Assembly: GCA_021432655.1 (NCBI GenBank)
Contig: MU271233.1
Span: 64,030-128,029 of the forward strand
Length of the DNA stretch: 64,000 nucleotides
Direction of reading: 5' to 3'
Origin: Atractiella rhizophila
Taxonomy: Eukaryota
Under the pieces are notes generated by a model. The model saw only the letters and a program-made list of their open reading frames with translations. It had not been told where the DNA came from and ran no database searches. Both the position numbers and the translations under genes were made by a program. Positions 39,495 through 51,930 of the stretch are shown piece after piece (within the stretch, counting starts at the first letter, position 1; each line of letters starts with the position of its first letter).

Positions 39495-40623
39495 ATGACA
39501 AAGTTGAACTTGCTCGTTTCGCTATCCCTTGCTGCCCTCGCTCTCGCGGCTCCAGCCAAGGTATGTCTCACTCTCTCCAGTTTTGCTGTGGAAAGATTGT
39601 TGAGATGGGTTGGGTAGCGCGCCGAGGTTGGCGGCAACGTGCGAAGTTTCATTTCATGACCGTCTCTCTATTGCTGAGCAGTTGCGGGAAGACAGTTCCC
39701 CGCCAAGCAAGCTCTCGGTGCTTGGAAGAGGGACACGGCTAACATTGGGGACGTGGAAATCTTGCAGAAGTCATGGAAGAGGGATGGAGAGGTAGCGAAT
39801 ATCGGAGAGGTTGAGATTCTGCAGAAGTCTTGGAAGAGGGAGGAGGTGGCCGATATTGGAAACGTTGAGAACTTCCAGAAGTCCTGGAAACGCGGAGTGA
39901 GTGTTTCTCATTTTGGTATTCGTAATGTGTGGGTCATTGGGTTTAATGTTTTGTTTCGGGTGTTTGAAGAAGGATGAGATCTCCGTCGAACAGCACTCGT
40001 GGAAGCGCGTAAGCTATTCCCTCGTCATCGCATTGTCCTATAGGTGTGGTGTTGACTGGCTTTTGCAGGGCAAGGATGATGACATCTCAACTGACCAACA
40101 CTCCTGGAAGCGCGGAAAGGGGGATGACATCTCGACGGACCAACACTCTTGGAAGCGAGGGAAGGGAGATGACATCTCGACTGACCAGCATTCTTGGAAG
40201 CGAGGAAAGGGAGATGACATCTCGACTGACCAGCATTCTTGGAAGCGAGGAAAGGGAGACGAAATCTCGACTGATCAAAAGTCCTGGAAACGCGGAAAGG
40301 GAGACGACATCTCCACCGACCAGAAGTCGTGGAAGCGCACGAAGGACGGTGAATATTCTACCGAGCAGCACTCCTGGAAACGCTCCAAGGATGGCGATTA
40401 CACCACCGAGCAACACTCGTGGAAGGAACGCGCACCCACCAAGGACGGCGACTACACCACAGAGCAGCACTCTTGGAAACGCTCCAAGGATGGCGATTAC
40501 ACCACCGAGCAACACTCGTGGAAGGAACGCGCACCCACCAAGGACGGCGACTACACCACAGAGCAACACTCTTGGAAACGCTCCAAGGATGGCGATTACA
40601 CCACCGAGCAACATTCTTGGTAA
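39495..40623 (+). CDS. Secreted Kex2-processed repeat protein (KEP): precursor of 17 Trp-terminated peptides
   Basis: Five exons (~39495-39560, 39618-39638, 39696-39896, 39970-40008, 40069-40623) with GT-AG introns. Signal peptide MTKLNLLVSLSLAALALA, then APAKR, then units ending W followed by KR or KER; final unit ends W-TAA. Confidence 0.9.
40069..40620 (+). repeat. Coding tandem repeat: 45-bp units, then a 99-bp higher-order unit (~2.4 copies)
   Basis: GK(G/D)D(D/E)ISTDQ(H/K)SWKR x6, TKDGEYSTEQHSWKR, then [SKDGDYTTEQHSWKER-APTKDGDYTTEQHSWKR] x2 and SKDGDYTTEQHSW. Confidence 0.95.
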
Positions 40624-41111
40624 TCGGTGCGAGCTGTCTCTTTTCTCCGACCAATGCTTTGTCTGAAGAAAAACCACAGAGCCCGACAGTTTTCCTTATC
40701 GCTGTCACGTCCCAACCGCTGAGCGTTCTTTGATCGTCTGGATCGTTCACATTTTTATTCTATTCCTTCGTCCTGTTCTGTCGCTTCGACGTCCGTACCT
40801 GTTCTGGAAAAATGCATTCTCTCAATCTCTCTCAACCCGACCACCAGTGCCAACCAACGAGGACGTTCTTTGCGAACCCCCTCTCTGTCCTAATTCTTCA
40901 ATCATTCAGTCCCCTGTTCTATGATCTGATCTGACCGTTTGTTGCACTGTCAAAACGGCCAAACGGTCGTTTTTCTACTATTCTGTTTTATTTCATTTCA
41001 CTCTGCCTGCTTGAAATGTCGCTTGTCTCATACCCTCTCGAAAGAAGTAACGAATCAAATCAATGTGCTGTGCCTAGAGACAGACTATAAAACCAAAATC
41101 AATCTCCATCC

Positions 41112-44100
41112 CTACGATCCTTGATATCTCTCCTGATTCCACTTCTTGAACAACTTCCTCAAAATCATCCGCTCTCCTTCATCTCGATCACTCAGATAGC
41201 CCTTCATCAAGCTCTCTCGTTCATGCTTACCCATACAACTCAGCACCTCAAACCAACCCGGTTCGAGCTCCTTCCTGAAACTCATTGGAATCGTGAACCT
41301 TGCATCTCCGACGCAGAATCGCAAGTACGACAGGAGAAGGAAGAGTCCGTGCTTCGACAGCGGGGCTGAGAGAGTGGTCGGCGGTGGTTTGGAAAGGCGA
41401 GCCTTTGGAACGTGGCTGAAGTGCTTCGTCGTCATGCTGCTTATCAGCCTCGAGAACGCCTTCGCTTCCTCTATCCCGAGACAAGGAGAAAGAGAACGTG
41501 GATCGGGCCACGCCCACGATGGGAACGTGATGACAGAGGAACGATGGGTCTTTGAACCGACGTCAAGTGTGAAAGCAGGAGCGCGAAGAACACTGAGCAC
41601 GGATGTGCAGAGACCAATGAGGTGAGGAAAGAGGGTAATTAACTCTTCTTTCTGATGGCGGATGAGAATCTGTAAACTGCGGCAAACGGATTGGAAGATG
41701 TATTTTCCATGAGCTTCCATTGTCGTGCCCCGACTTGCAGACGTCGAAGCGGTGGTCGATGGCGGATCGATCATGTAAAATGACGGAGGGTGGAAGATAG
41801 TGTGCAAGACCGACAGAATACGGACGACATCATTTCTCTGTAGCAAGGTCTATTTCCTTGTCAGCATCCGTATTAATTCATTTGAGGATAAATATACCTG
41901 TTCCCGACAATAGTTTTCTATAACCTTTACCACAATTAGCAGGATAGGCACTTTGCGGACGACGTCTTCTTCCCTCCTGTTGAGTGAGCCAATATGCGCA
42001 TCGAGTTGTACCATGATTAGGGTGAAGAATGCACTTGTTTGCCTGCCCGCGTCTATAACAACCATGAACAATTGAAGGGGACTGGAACTAGGAGAGCGCG
42101 AGCGCACCAGCAGGTTGTACTAACAGAAACGCCTCTGCTAACTGTATTACGGCTAGGACCATAGAATCGTCCTGGGTCACAACGGCATCCGCCAAAACCG
42201 TGTGAACATGTTCGAGCGCCACTTCGTACTCCACCACTGACATTGCTCTGATCATTTCCTTGAGGCGTCTTTGGATCAAATCTGTGCTGTGAGTGAGATT
42301 GTAAGCTCCGCCGCCTGAAAAGACACACACCATGTTGACCAGAGCCTGCAAGTCGGAGAAGCTCCAGGTAGGAACCTACAATCACCAAAGCGGGACGTGT
42401 AGATATCTTTCCCTTGGCTGAACGACGCCTGAGATGGATTGAAACCTCGAACAGGCTGAATGCAGATAGGACAGTGGACAGGGAAGCGCTATCGAGGGGT
42501 GGAGCATTTCGAAGATATTTTGCCGTCGCCAATGCGGATAGTTGAGCAAAAGTGAGAAATTCATTGTCGAAAGTGTCTAGTTAATCAAGTTTTCAAACAA
42601 TTTTCTTACTAGGAAAGATTGTACACTGACCGATTTCAAGCCAACGCGCAAGCCTCCAAAAGCTCCTGAGAACATCCATTGCCTCTTTAAGGCTTTTGAT
42701 GCCTGCCAGATCAGCACTGAACTTCTCTCCTAATTCTTTTGCAAGGTGGGACAAAGGGCTGCTTGCTGATTCCACGTAAGCGAGAAGATGCGTCTTGACA
42801 GCGGATGGGATTCTAAGATAGTGAATTAGCATATGGAGCAGTAATGAAACATGACCGTACTTCTGAGAGGCTGGTATCTGCTCTAGTAGTCTGTCGACCA
42901 TAAGGACAAAAGCTTGCTTGGAGCATTGGGAGAGCGCCGAGAAATTATCGAATTTAAACATTGAGAAGAGGTTCTGCAGTCTTTCTTGTCCAAGTCCTGT
43001 GTTCACAGAAGCGACTATCTCCCTGAGGAAGCGTCAAATGCCCTCTATCATAAAGCGACAAAGCTCTTACATGACGTTCAAATCAAACATTTCTAGTGTG
43101 GGCTGTACCAGTTCTGGAATAACTTCCTCAGTTGAGACCTGCCAATATAAAATGTGCGGCGCGATATTCTGCAGCCTCATCAGCTGTGTCCTTAGCTAAG
43201 TCAACGGCGTACATTCCCGAGCCATGCTCTAACCAGCTCTCTGAGCATGATCCGTTCCTGATATCTGTCGCTTCCAGGCTCAGATGGTGATAAGAGAAGT
43301 ATATCCAATATGACAGCCTTTTGCACAAGATCCCTTCGTACTTTCTTTGATAAGTATTCGATGGGGAAGTTCTTTATTAGAGTAAAGGTGGCCAGTGTGT
43401 CTAACGTCTCCTGGTCGATTGTGATGGTGCTAGTGCGTAAAGCCTTCAGCGCCTGCGTTGGTCCCTCATAGGGAACAGAAGTCGATTCCATGAGAGCAGT
43501 CAGGATACTCGCTGTATTGATGGAGAGACGATCAGGCGAGAAAACAGCCGAAAGGAAACTCACTTCGTAGCCTGGTAAGTTCATAGAAACCAGCCCATCC
43601 CAGAAGCCTCAATTGGCCAGCAGCAAAGCCTTTGGCAAAGGATGCATCATGGTTCAACACCGGCAGGAGAAGAATCCTTGCTAGGCTATCTAATTGTTGG
43701 GAAGAGGCATACGTTCTATGTCAAAAGAATTAGAATTTGCTTCAGTCTAGATGGAATGACGAACGTACGAGAAGACCTCTATCCTCCCTTCTCGACTTAT
43801 GAAATCCCACACTAGCAACGCCAGCCTTTCCTCTCCTTTTAATGAGCTATCAAGTGGAAGGCCACCCATGCCACCCTTCTCTCCCAAACCCGGCGCAAAG
43901 GTCTGGGTTAGTAGCTGCACAGTGCGACTCAGAAAATCTTCCACTGCTTGCTTCGTTTTGGCCATTTTCGGAAACTGACTCGTCCGGAGTAAAGGAGAAA
44001 ACGAGACGTGTCTTCTTTTGCAGTCAGTAGTTGCTTCTCGGATACAGATGACAGAACACACAATAGAGAACCATTGCTGCGATCTATTCCAGTCAATATT

Positions 44101-46258
44101 TCTGAACAGAGGGGACAGCAACTCCCATTCCTCCTCCTCATTCCCTCTCTCCGACAGACGCATTTCATTACACACGGCCTTGAGAGTGATGCAGTCTGCA
44201 AGACTTCTCGATTCCTCCTCAGATAAAGCCTCGCCCTCTCCAGTGGGGAAAGATGAGAGGAAAGAATCGACTCGTTCCTCAAGCCTCTTTACTTCCTCTT
44301 CTACCCCGTATCCTTTCGTTCCTTCCAAGAGAATGAAACAAAGCTCAACCTTCTCCCCATTAATGGCGGTAGTATGGTCAATTCTCCTCCGCTTATGTGC
44401 TCTCTGCAGCGTCTTCTCCTCTCCCTCGTTTTCTCTCTCTGGGCTTCGAAAAAGCTCCGCCATGGTTCGTACCAGCCATCCTGCCTCTTTGGTTCCTATC
44501 ATCATCCGCAACTCGCCTATTACCTTCTTCATCCCTAGCAGACCCCTCGCACATCCTCCATCAGGTTCGTAGATCTCGGCAAAGAACTCTTCTAAAGAGC
44601 GCCTTCGTTGGTGGAGCTTCAGAATCGCGAGTGCGAGCTCCTCAGCGTGTGAAGAGTCCTCACACAAGGATCGAGATAAAGGCACAACGTGGTCCAACTC
44701 GCAGAGGACAATGAGGACCTCTTTTCCTCCCTGAAGCATGACATCCCGATAAAGGCTAGCCCACTCCTCTTCTGCCTCGCTCTTTACATACAACTTTGCC
44801 ATTTTCACGTACTCCAACAGCCTCGCCATTTCTCGGTCCTGCTGTGCTTTTCTGTCCTCTAAGTTATTTGCAACAAACAAGATTAACGTCTTTAATACCC
44901 CTCGACAAGCTTCCCGATATTGTCTGCCAGAATACGCCTCCTGCGCAGCGCGACCTTCTCCTCCGCCCCCCGAACGGCGCTCAGCTTTTGGAAGGGGGAA
45001 CAGTGCATCCTTCTCCCTTTCTAACGTGGCACAGAAACCGCGGAACCATTCCGCGAGAAAGGAGGGCTCCACTCGACCGAGCGCTTCCGGGATTGAACGA
45101 GGGAGAGAAATGAGTTTACGGATGGCGTCAAGACCTGGAGCGACATCGTACAATATACAGTCGATCAACGAAACGACAGCTGGAGGGAGGGAGGAATGAC
45201 ATCTTGAAAAAGAGGGGATGATGGAAGAGGACGAGAAGTAGAGGTCGTTCTGTATCTTCTTCCGAGATGCAGCAGGTAGGTGCAAATACCACTCCTTGAT
45301 TGGCTCGCAAAAAGATGTGGCGTCTTTGTCCATTGCTAATTTGGAGCGAGAGGCAAGGACATCGACATACGCTCTGAGCAGATCCAATAGGGGGTCAACA
45401 TTCGTAGTCCTAGCCAGCGTAGGAGGTAAAAGAATGCCCGAAACGATATAGAAGTCCAGTAATTCTCGATTGTCGTGGTAGTATGCGGGAGAAGAAGCGG
45501 AGGAAGTCGAGCGGAGGAGGTTTGAGAGGATGGGGAGGAGCGGTGTTTTGGAAATCAAGGCCTGCACATCTTTTGGCGTTAAAGCGTGGGCATTGTCGAC
45601 CTGGGTGGAAAAGAGGATATCTGCTAGGAGTTTCCAATATTGTTGCCTTGTTGGCGCATCGTCGCTATAGAATCAATCATCAGTCATCCATTCAGAATTG
45701 TGGTGCTCCATAATGACGGTGAACCAGAGAATCTTTCTTTCCTAAAGACTTCTCTAATCCATGCCAAAAATGTAATAAACGGTTTTCAAGGCATATACAT
45801 CCTTGGGCCATAGGATCATCTACTGCCAGTGCTGTATCACATCCAACAGCGGGTCTCCCCGAGGGATACACCATCTGTCTCATGATATCTCGGCTGTCAA
45901 TTACCATCTTTGGACTAATAATGTTGTTGCTGCATTGATAGTGCGCTATAATATGACATTTTGAAATACGAGGAAGAGATGCACAAAACTTCCAATTAAT
46001 TCAGGAGTGGAACAGTCGGCTCAACAAGTATAGACGATGATTGAGAAGGGCAGCGCACCCGAAGTTCCCCTTCAACAATCCCTCCAGCACCCATTCCGCC
46101 AGATAGAACCCCTTTTTAGGCACACCAAAGCCGACCTCTCGCGAAGGTGTGTACCATAACGCTGAAGCAAGCTGGACCTTAGACGATGGAGCTTGTTTTG
46201 GGTCGCGGAGTGTGCGGAAGAGGGAGTTAGCGTTATGCTGAGCCAGAATAGAGGACAT
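41112..46258 (-). CDS. URB2: Nucleolar pre-rRNA processing protein Urb2/Npa2-like (large, multi-exon)
   Basis: C-terminal Urb2-type domain (PLSKHGLFLLLSYL...RKELEPGWFEVLSCMGKHERESLM...ERMILRKLFKKWNQERYQG); N-terminus LFRTLRDP...SKVQLASALW...LAEWVL; exon 2 YWKLLADIL. Confidence 0.75.
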
Positions 46259-46359
46259 CGCTGATGCTCAGGCTCTTCGTCTTCCTAGAAGCGCGTGGAA
46301 GCCTACAAGATGCGGAAGCCGTGTAAGCTGTTACCTGGAGTGTACCAAATTTTTGAGGG

Positions 46360-46367
46360 GTCACGTG
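46360..46367. promoter_or_regulatory. GTCACGTG E-box ~100 bp upstream of the URB2 ATG
   Basis: Exact 8-mer, same element and similar spacing as at 27007. Confidence 0.3.
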
Positions 46368-48102
46368 CTCCTACTTACGCTTAAACGTTACCTTGAATAC
46401 TTCTGTTTGCATTTTTCGTGAGCGAGAGAGCATTGCAAGGACGATAGGAGTGGGTTCAGGAGATGTCGGAGGGGTATGTCGTGTAGAGTGTTTTTGTTTC
46501 GAACGATCTGGTGAGGTTGTATTTCACTTGACAGCCATGACTTGAAAATGTCCAGTCTTCATGCTTATCATGCGTAATGTATCTCTCTCGCCCATCTCAA
46601 GGATGGAAATGCATGCAGTTCTTGTTGGTAACTTCTCTTTGCCTCTATTTTTCGCTGTCTTCCGCTACATCCTAAATTTCACAAAGTCATGTGAACTTCG
46701 AGCCAGTTTGTTCATCATGATTCCAGATTCCAGTACTTTTGTGCTCGCCCTTGCTATATTAACTTCACTGTGACCCGACTAATGAGTACGGACGCCCGAG
46801 GTTTGGGTCGTTTGGGAGGGTAGCCCAGTTCACGATTGAAAACACTCCGTCTGTCCCTCTGCGATAGAATCATAATCCTGCGTTCAAAAAAAGGAGATAT
46901 GAGAAGAACTGCAAATATCTCGCTCGCTAGTCCCGCCATGGGTGACTGGCGGGACGCGCTACAGCGCTTCTCTGACCTCAACTCTGGAAGTCAATTGAGA
47001 TCGAGAATTCAAAAGGTCACTTGTTCTCAAGTTGGAAAGGACTTTTTAAACTCTCACTACTGGCGTTTCTTACCTGACTTAGGTGAAACTGCGCTTAGGT
47101 ACAATTAGACCACAACCCCTTTGTAAGAATCCTGTTGCTATCAGGTGGCAGGTGTGTGGCTTAACAGTGGTGCGGTGGAATCGATGCAGAGTGTGAGATG
47201 TAATCCGACGAAAGACATATATCCTCATACTTTTCCTAATCGCGCTGTAAGGACTGTTAGCAAGGTATCCGAGCCTTGTTCTTTTACGGTGCTTTGCACG
47301 TATTCCACAATAAAGGATTTGTTCCGCAGAAACGTAAAGAAGCGTGAAGGAAATATTCCGTACAAAGGATATCGTTTCATCAACTAAGCATTCATTACTT
47401 CGTACCCAAAACGTGTAGCTTACAATGCTTGAGTCCAAATACTCGTAGTGTATGCAATGAAGCTTTGTCAAAACCAAACCGCTGTATTAACAAGATAGAT
47501 GAGAGAATCAGAGCAACACGAACTGTTGGCGTTGAGCCAAGGACCAACGGCCAAACAGGGTACTATCAACATGTCAACCTAAGACCTAGACTTACCAACT
47601 ACCAACTTACTGCTGAACTGCACTCCCAACACTAAGTTGATCACTAACAAGAACCGAGAAACAAGAAAAAAGACAGGATTCAAAGCAAAGTCAAAATCGT
47701 ACTCGGAGGTAATCTACAACGGCGTTCATTCTTTCATTCTTTCGTGTTCTGAGCCTAAAGCGACAAGCGACGTTCAAGTTGGATGTTGCCAGAAACGAAA
47801 CGCATCCGTAGAGCTGACAATCAGACGAAAGAAGATGGTGTGTGATGTGGTGGGTTATGCAAGACGGATCCCTGAGTTGGCGACGGAGTGAATTTGAAGA
47901 TGTATGTGTATGATTGCGAGTTGAAACGGGGCGGCGTCCGTGGCGATGGTATCGTTAATTCGTTGTTAGTTCATGAAGTGACGCTTCCCATCTGGTGGGA
48001 TTTTCTTCAATTTACTCTGTTTCTCAAACAAGTCAACGCACGCCCTCTGCCTCAGAGCAAACAAGCGAGAGAAAGCGCACTTTTGAGTTCCGTTATCATC
48101 TT

Positions 48103-49878
48103 TCAATTCGTCAATCCCCCGGGCACAGCGATGGGCGTTTCCCCCCTCATTCCACGTCCCCCTTTGACATCAACATCCCCAAATGAAAGTTCCATTTCCT
48201 GTGTCCCATCTTCGTCTTCGTCCTTCCCGCTCCCACTCTCGCTCCCGCTGGATCCTGCGCTGGCGAGACCGTTCAAGATGCTTTTATAGGTCTACACCCA
48301 TCAATAACCAAAGCCAGAACACGTTCATTCGTAGTTCGATACGTTCATTCGTAGTTCGATCTGGACAAAAATGAATGGACCGACCTCAATCATCCGCTTA
48401 TCCATGTCCGCACTCTGTTTTCTTTTCCTCTCTTTCTCTTCTTCAGGCTCCTTGAAGCTACTGTAACCCTCCATGGCGGTGACGAAGGAATCTTCCCACA
48501 AGCTCTTGTCCGTTAAACCATCGTTTGGCTGGTATGACGACAACATGGCAGCAAGGTCGACCTGACCAACCTGACGGGTATGCGGTTGAGGAAGCGGCAG
48601 ACGAGTAGATTGTTGTTGCTCCACGATGGAGTGCAGAGATGCCAATCTATCGTTTACCTCGGCGAAATGAAAAGCGAACGAATCCCTCAAAGACCTCTTT
48701 TGATCCTCCGCCGCAGTGTGCACTCTCGCCCCGACGTCAATGAGAAGGCCTTCGAAGGTCTTCGTGAGCTCGGTCAAGTTGGAAAGCGCGGAGTGGAGGC
48801 TGCTGGAAGACTTGGTTGTGGAGTTGAGCAAGTCCTGCATTGAGGATTTGAGCGAACTCTGGACATTGACGAAGGGATCGAGCTCGGTCGAGAGACGGGA
48901 GATGAAGTCTGCCTTCGCCTGTGTCCTCAACTTGGACAGGTCAGACATGAAGGTCGCAAAGTCGGCTTTGGTCGCGAGGGAAGGAAGTAATAGGGAAATG
49001 CGCTTGGTATGCTGATAATTTTGGATCGTGATGTAGAGGTGTGCGAGGGTGAGAACGCACAAGAATATCTGCTTCGGTTTGTCAGCTAAAAAAGGAATGG
49101 AGTCAAAGAAAGTGGACGAACGAGTAGATGAGCAAGGTTCACACTGAGCCCGAGAATGGAAAGAGTGGGCCAAGGGATTTCGACCCCCGACAAATCACAT
49201 TTGACCACTTGCAGCACCTCTTCCTTCGTTTCATGATGAGGAGAAAACCATCCGAACCAGGAACTCCTGAGACTATCCATTTTTTCGAAGGGTTTAAAGT
49301 TGACTGAACAGAAATACTGAAGCTATGAAAAGTCGTAGGAAGTTGGTCGTCAGAAGAGAGGGCGAGAGGGCGGATCGTTGCTTTTGAACTGGTGCAAGTT
49401 GAGGAGAACGTCTGAAGGTGGGCTTGGGCGCAAAACACGATGGCAAGATTTCGACGTGAGACACAAGATTGGGTGCTGAAATTGAGAATTGGTCGGACGA
49501 GCTACAAACAGACAAGGCTTCAATTTGGCATTTGGGCGTAATGATGATCTGCCGCAATTCTTCCACTGTTCAAGTTGTCGGCGTCGCTATGACCAGTCGT
49601 TTGAGGACAGTGCAAAGCGTGTCAAAGCATCCAAGTGTCTCAAGAAAGGGAGAAGCCTTTGGGCAGTGGCTACTAGGATTACTGACTGGCGAACCCTGAC
49701 CAGGAAATAGTGACGAAGAAGGTCGAGGAGTGTTCCATCGCAAAAGCTTATCTTGTTCATCTTCAATCGCATCTCTGGGATGCGAGATGCGAGATAAATG
49801 ACTTGACCTCCCAAACCAACAAGCTCCTGTCTTTGCTTACAGTTGGCTTCCAATGATGGTAAACTTGGGTCTGGGGCA
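48103..49878 (-). CDS. Hypothetical protein with a hydrophobic segment and coiled-coil region (multi-exon; 5' structure uncertain)
   Basis: ORF 48325-49173 (IFLCVLTLAHLYITI, then heptad-rich helix), flanking exons with GT-AG sites, last exon ...ETPIAVPGGLTN*. No family recognised. Confidence 0.45.
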
Positions 49879-51930
49879 GAGCGAGTAAAGGACATCTTCA
49901 ACTACACGCGGGCGAATTGTGTAAGAGCGGATGGTTGGAGAACTGGTGGTGGGATGGACACTGGGAAGGAAGCATTGTGATAGCCATTTAGATGCAGATG
50001 TGAGCGTCTATTCCATTGGTGGGGATGTGAATTCCATCGTGAGAGGGCAAAGAACTCTCAGAGTTCAAATTTCAACATTCAACGGCTGACAGTTTCATTT
50101 CAACTGGCTGCCTCCCGAGGCACTCCACCTCTATTTCAGTTGAAATTCTGGCGTGTTTCTAGGCAAGGGAACCGGTGCGGATCATACCGTGTTCGTTTCT
50201 GGAAAGTGAATCACTCGATTTGAATACAAGCATGAGGCCTCAGGGTGGGCAGGAGCTCCATTTTAACCGAAGAAGACCTTACCGTGCACGTTCATTCGGT
50301 GGTTCTTCCTTCTGCTTTGACTGCTCCGTTCGGGGCAAAGCGCATAGTAGGACCAGGAAGGCATTCCTATTTGACATACAAAATGGTGCTTGACGGACGT
50401 TTCAGCAACACAATTCCACTTTCCTGTGAACTTCATGTGTGGAACGTAGAACATACTCTAGGACAATATCTGACTGGGAAAAGGAGCGTGTGGATGGAAT
50501 AGTCAGAGAAATTCGAGCTGGGAGGTGGGCGGAAATCTTGCTTGAGCTTTCACTCGGAATTAGGTTTTCGTTGCTCAAGCAGAATCTTTTGTTGGCAAGA
50601 TTTAAGGCAATCTGTCCTTATTTTGAGAGCGAAAGTGTCGAATCTTTTCTATCATATGTGGTTGGATCTCTTACTACTGCGGTTGAGGATGGATTGAAAA
50701 CAGAATGACCAAGTAATCACTTTCATCCCTCTTTGGCAGAGGACCTGTAGCGCGAGTGATTGAAAGCCCTAGCAGATTATCTTCTGACAAAGGGGCAGAA
50801 GTGAAGCTAATAGAAGAGATCTTCTTCTCACGAATACATTGTGGTATGGTGTTCCAAACCATTCTTCCAAGGTGCACAAGGACCGTAGCTTGTTACTTGC
50901 CCGTCCCGCATTTACAGTTTTGCAGCTCAGGCAAATCTGTAAGGTACCTCGCCGAAACTGTTTCGTAACATCTTTGTTCCCTTGTCTAGCGCGGTTCCAT
51001 TTTTAATCCATTCCTACATTTCTTCACTTCGAATTCTCTCTCGGCGTTTGTTCCCTCATTGACGAAGAGTACATAGCTGACCAGAGGAATAACGTGTTCC
51101 CCCTTCCATTCAAGAATCATATAATATTGAATAATCTCATGGTCTGTTGGAAGGCTTTATCGCTCTGATGAATTGATATTTGGTTGTCAACGTGACTTGA
51201 TTTGACCCTCGTGAGGTGTCTCAGAGTCGCAGTAGCAGCGCATTTGGTCCATTGAGCGCTTTGATACCCATGTATCGCCACGGACAGGTCCGAGTTCTAC
51301 TTTTTGCGCTCTTACGGAGGACGGTTCCCAGCATTTCTTAGAGTCCCTTATTTCCTCGCAGTAAACGCTCGTTGCATGGTCGGTCCCTGCGTACATACAG
51401 TGAGGAAGTGGGAATGGTCCAGCCTAGTCCGGAGAGGAAAGGACTCCGTCAAAGGAGTTTGCGTTGGAGCCGCAAATTGAGCAGGATGCTGCGTCTTGGC
51501 GCAATGATCTCCTGATCAGCGATGACCTGAAGACTGGATATGAATGGATAACGATAGTACAGCATCTGTACAACATTTGAGATACTGGCGTGATTTCCGG
51601 AAAACAATTGATACTGGGACAAAGGGTATAAAAGACCCGCATGGAGGCCAAAGTCAATTTCAGCCTTTGTCTTGTGCAATATTTAACCACTACCACTCTC
51701 AACATCTGAAGAAACAGGCCGCCTGCGATGTGGGATGCAGATGATTGGAGTGATGAGTCCAGAGCATCGGATTCCGATGATAGAACCAATGTAAATCGCC
51801 AAGTACAATCACAGCTTGGACGGCGGGCAACCAGAAGGAAGTCTAAGAGGAGAAGTGAAGTTATCGCTAATAGCTCACGTATGAGATTCTCTTAAGCAGA
51901 TTTCAATAGGTTGATGGCGAACCTTTCCAG

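Noticed and set aside
40069..40620. CRISPR-like array
   Set aside because: Units are in-frame coding repeats varying at synonymous sites, with no unique spacers or cas genes; the context is eukaryotic.
36224..46258. Repeat precursor as part of a dikaritin (ustiloxin-type) RiPP cluster
   Set aside because: Neighbours are housekeeping genes (PRP17, URB2); no DUF3328/UstY, tyrosinase, P450 or methyltransferase recognised in the window.
46700..47400. Possible small gene upstream of URB2
   Set aside because: Fragments look vaguely protein-like, but no consistent splice model or family could be supported.
48321..48361. 20-bp direct repeat (gttcattcgtagttcgat), and a similar 19-bp doublet at ~59644-59681
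   Set aside because: Two-copy local duplications in intronic or gap-adjacent DNA.
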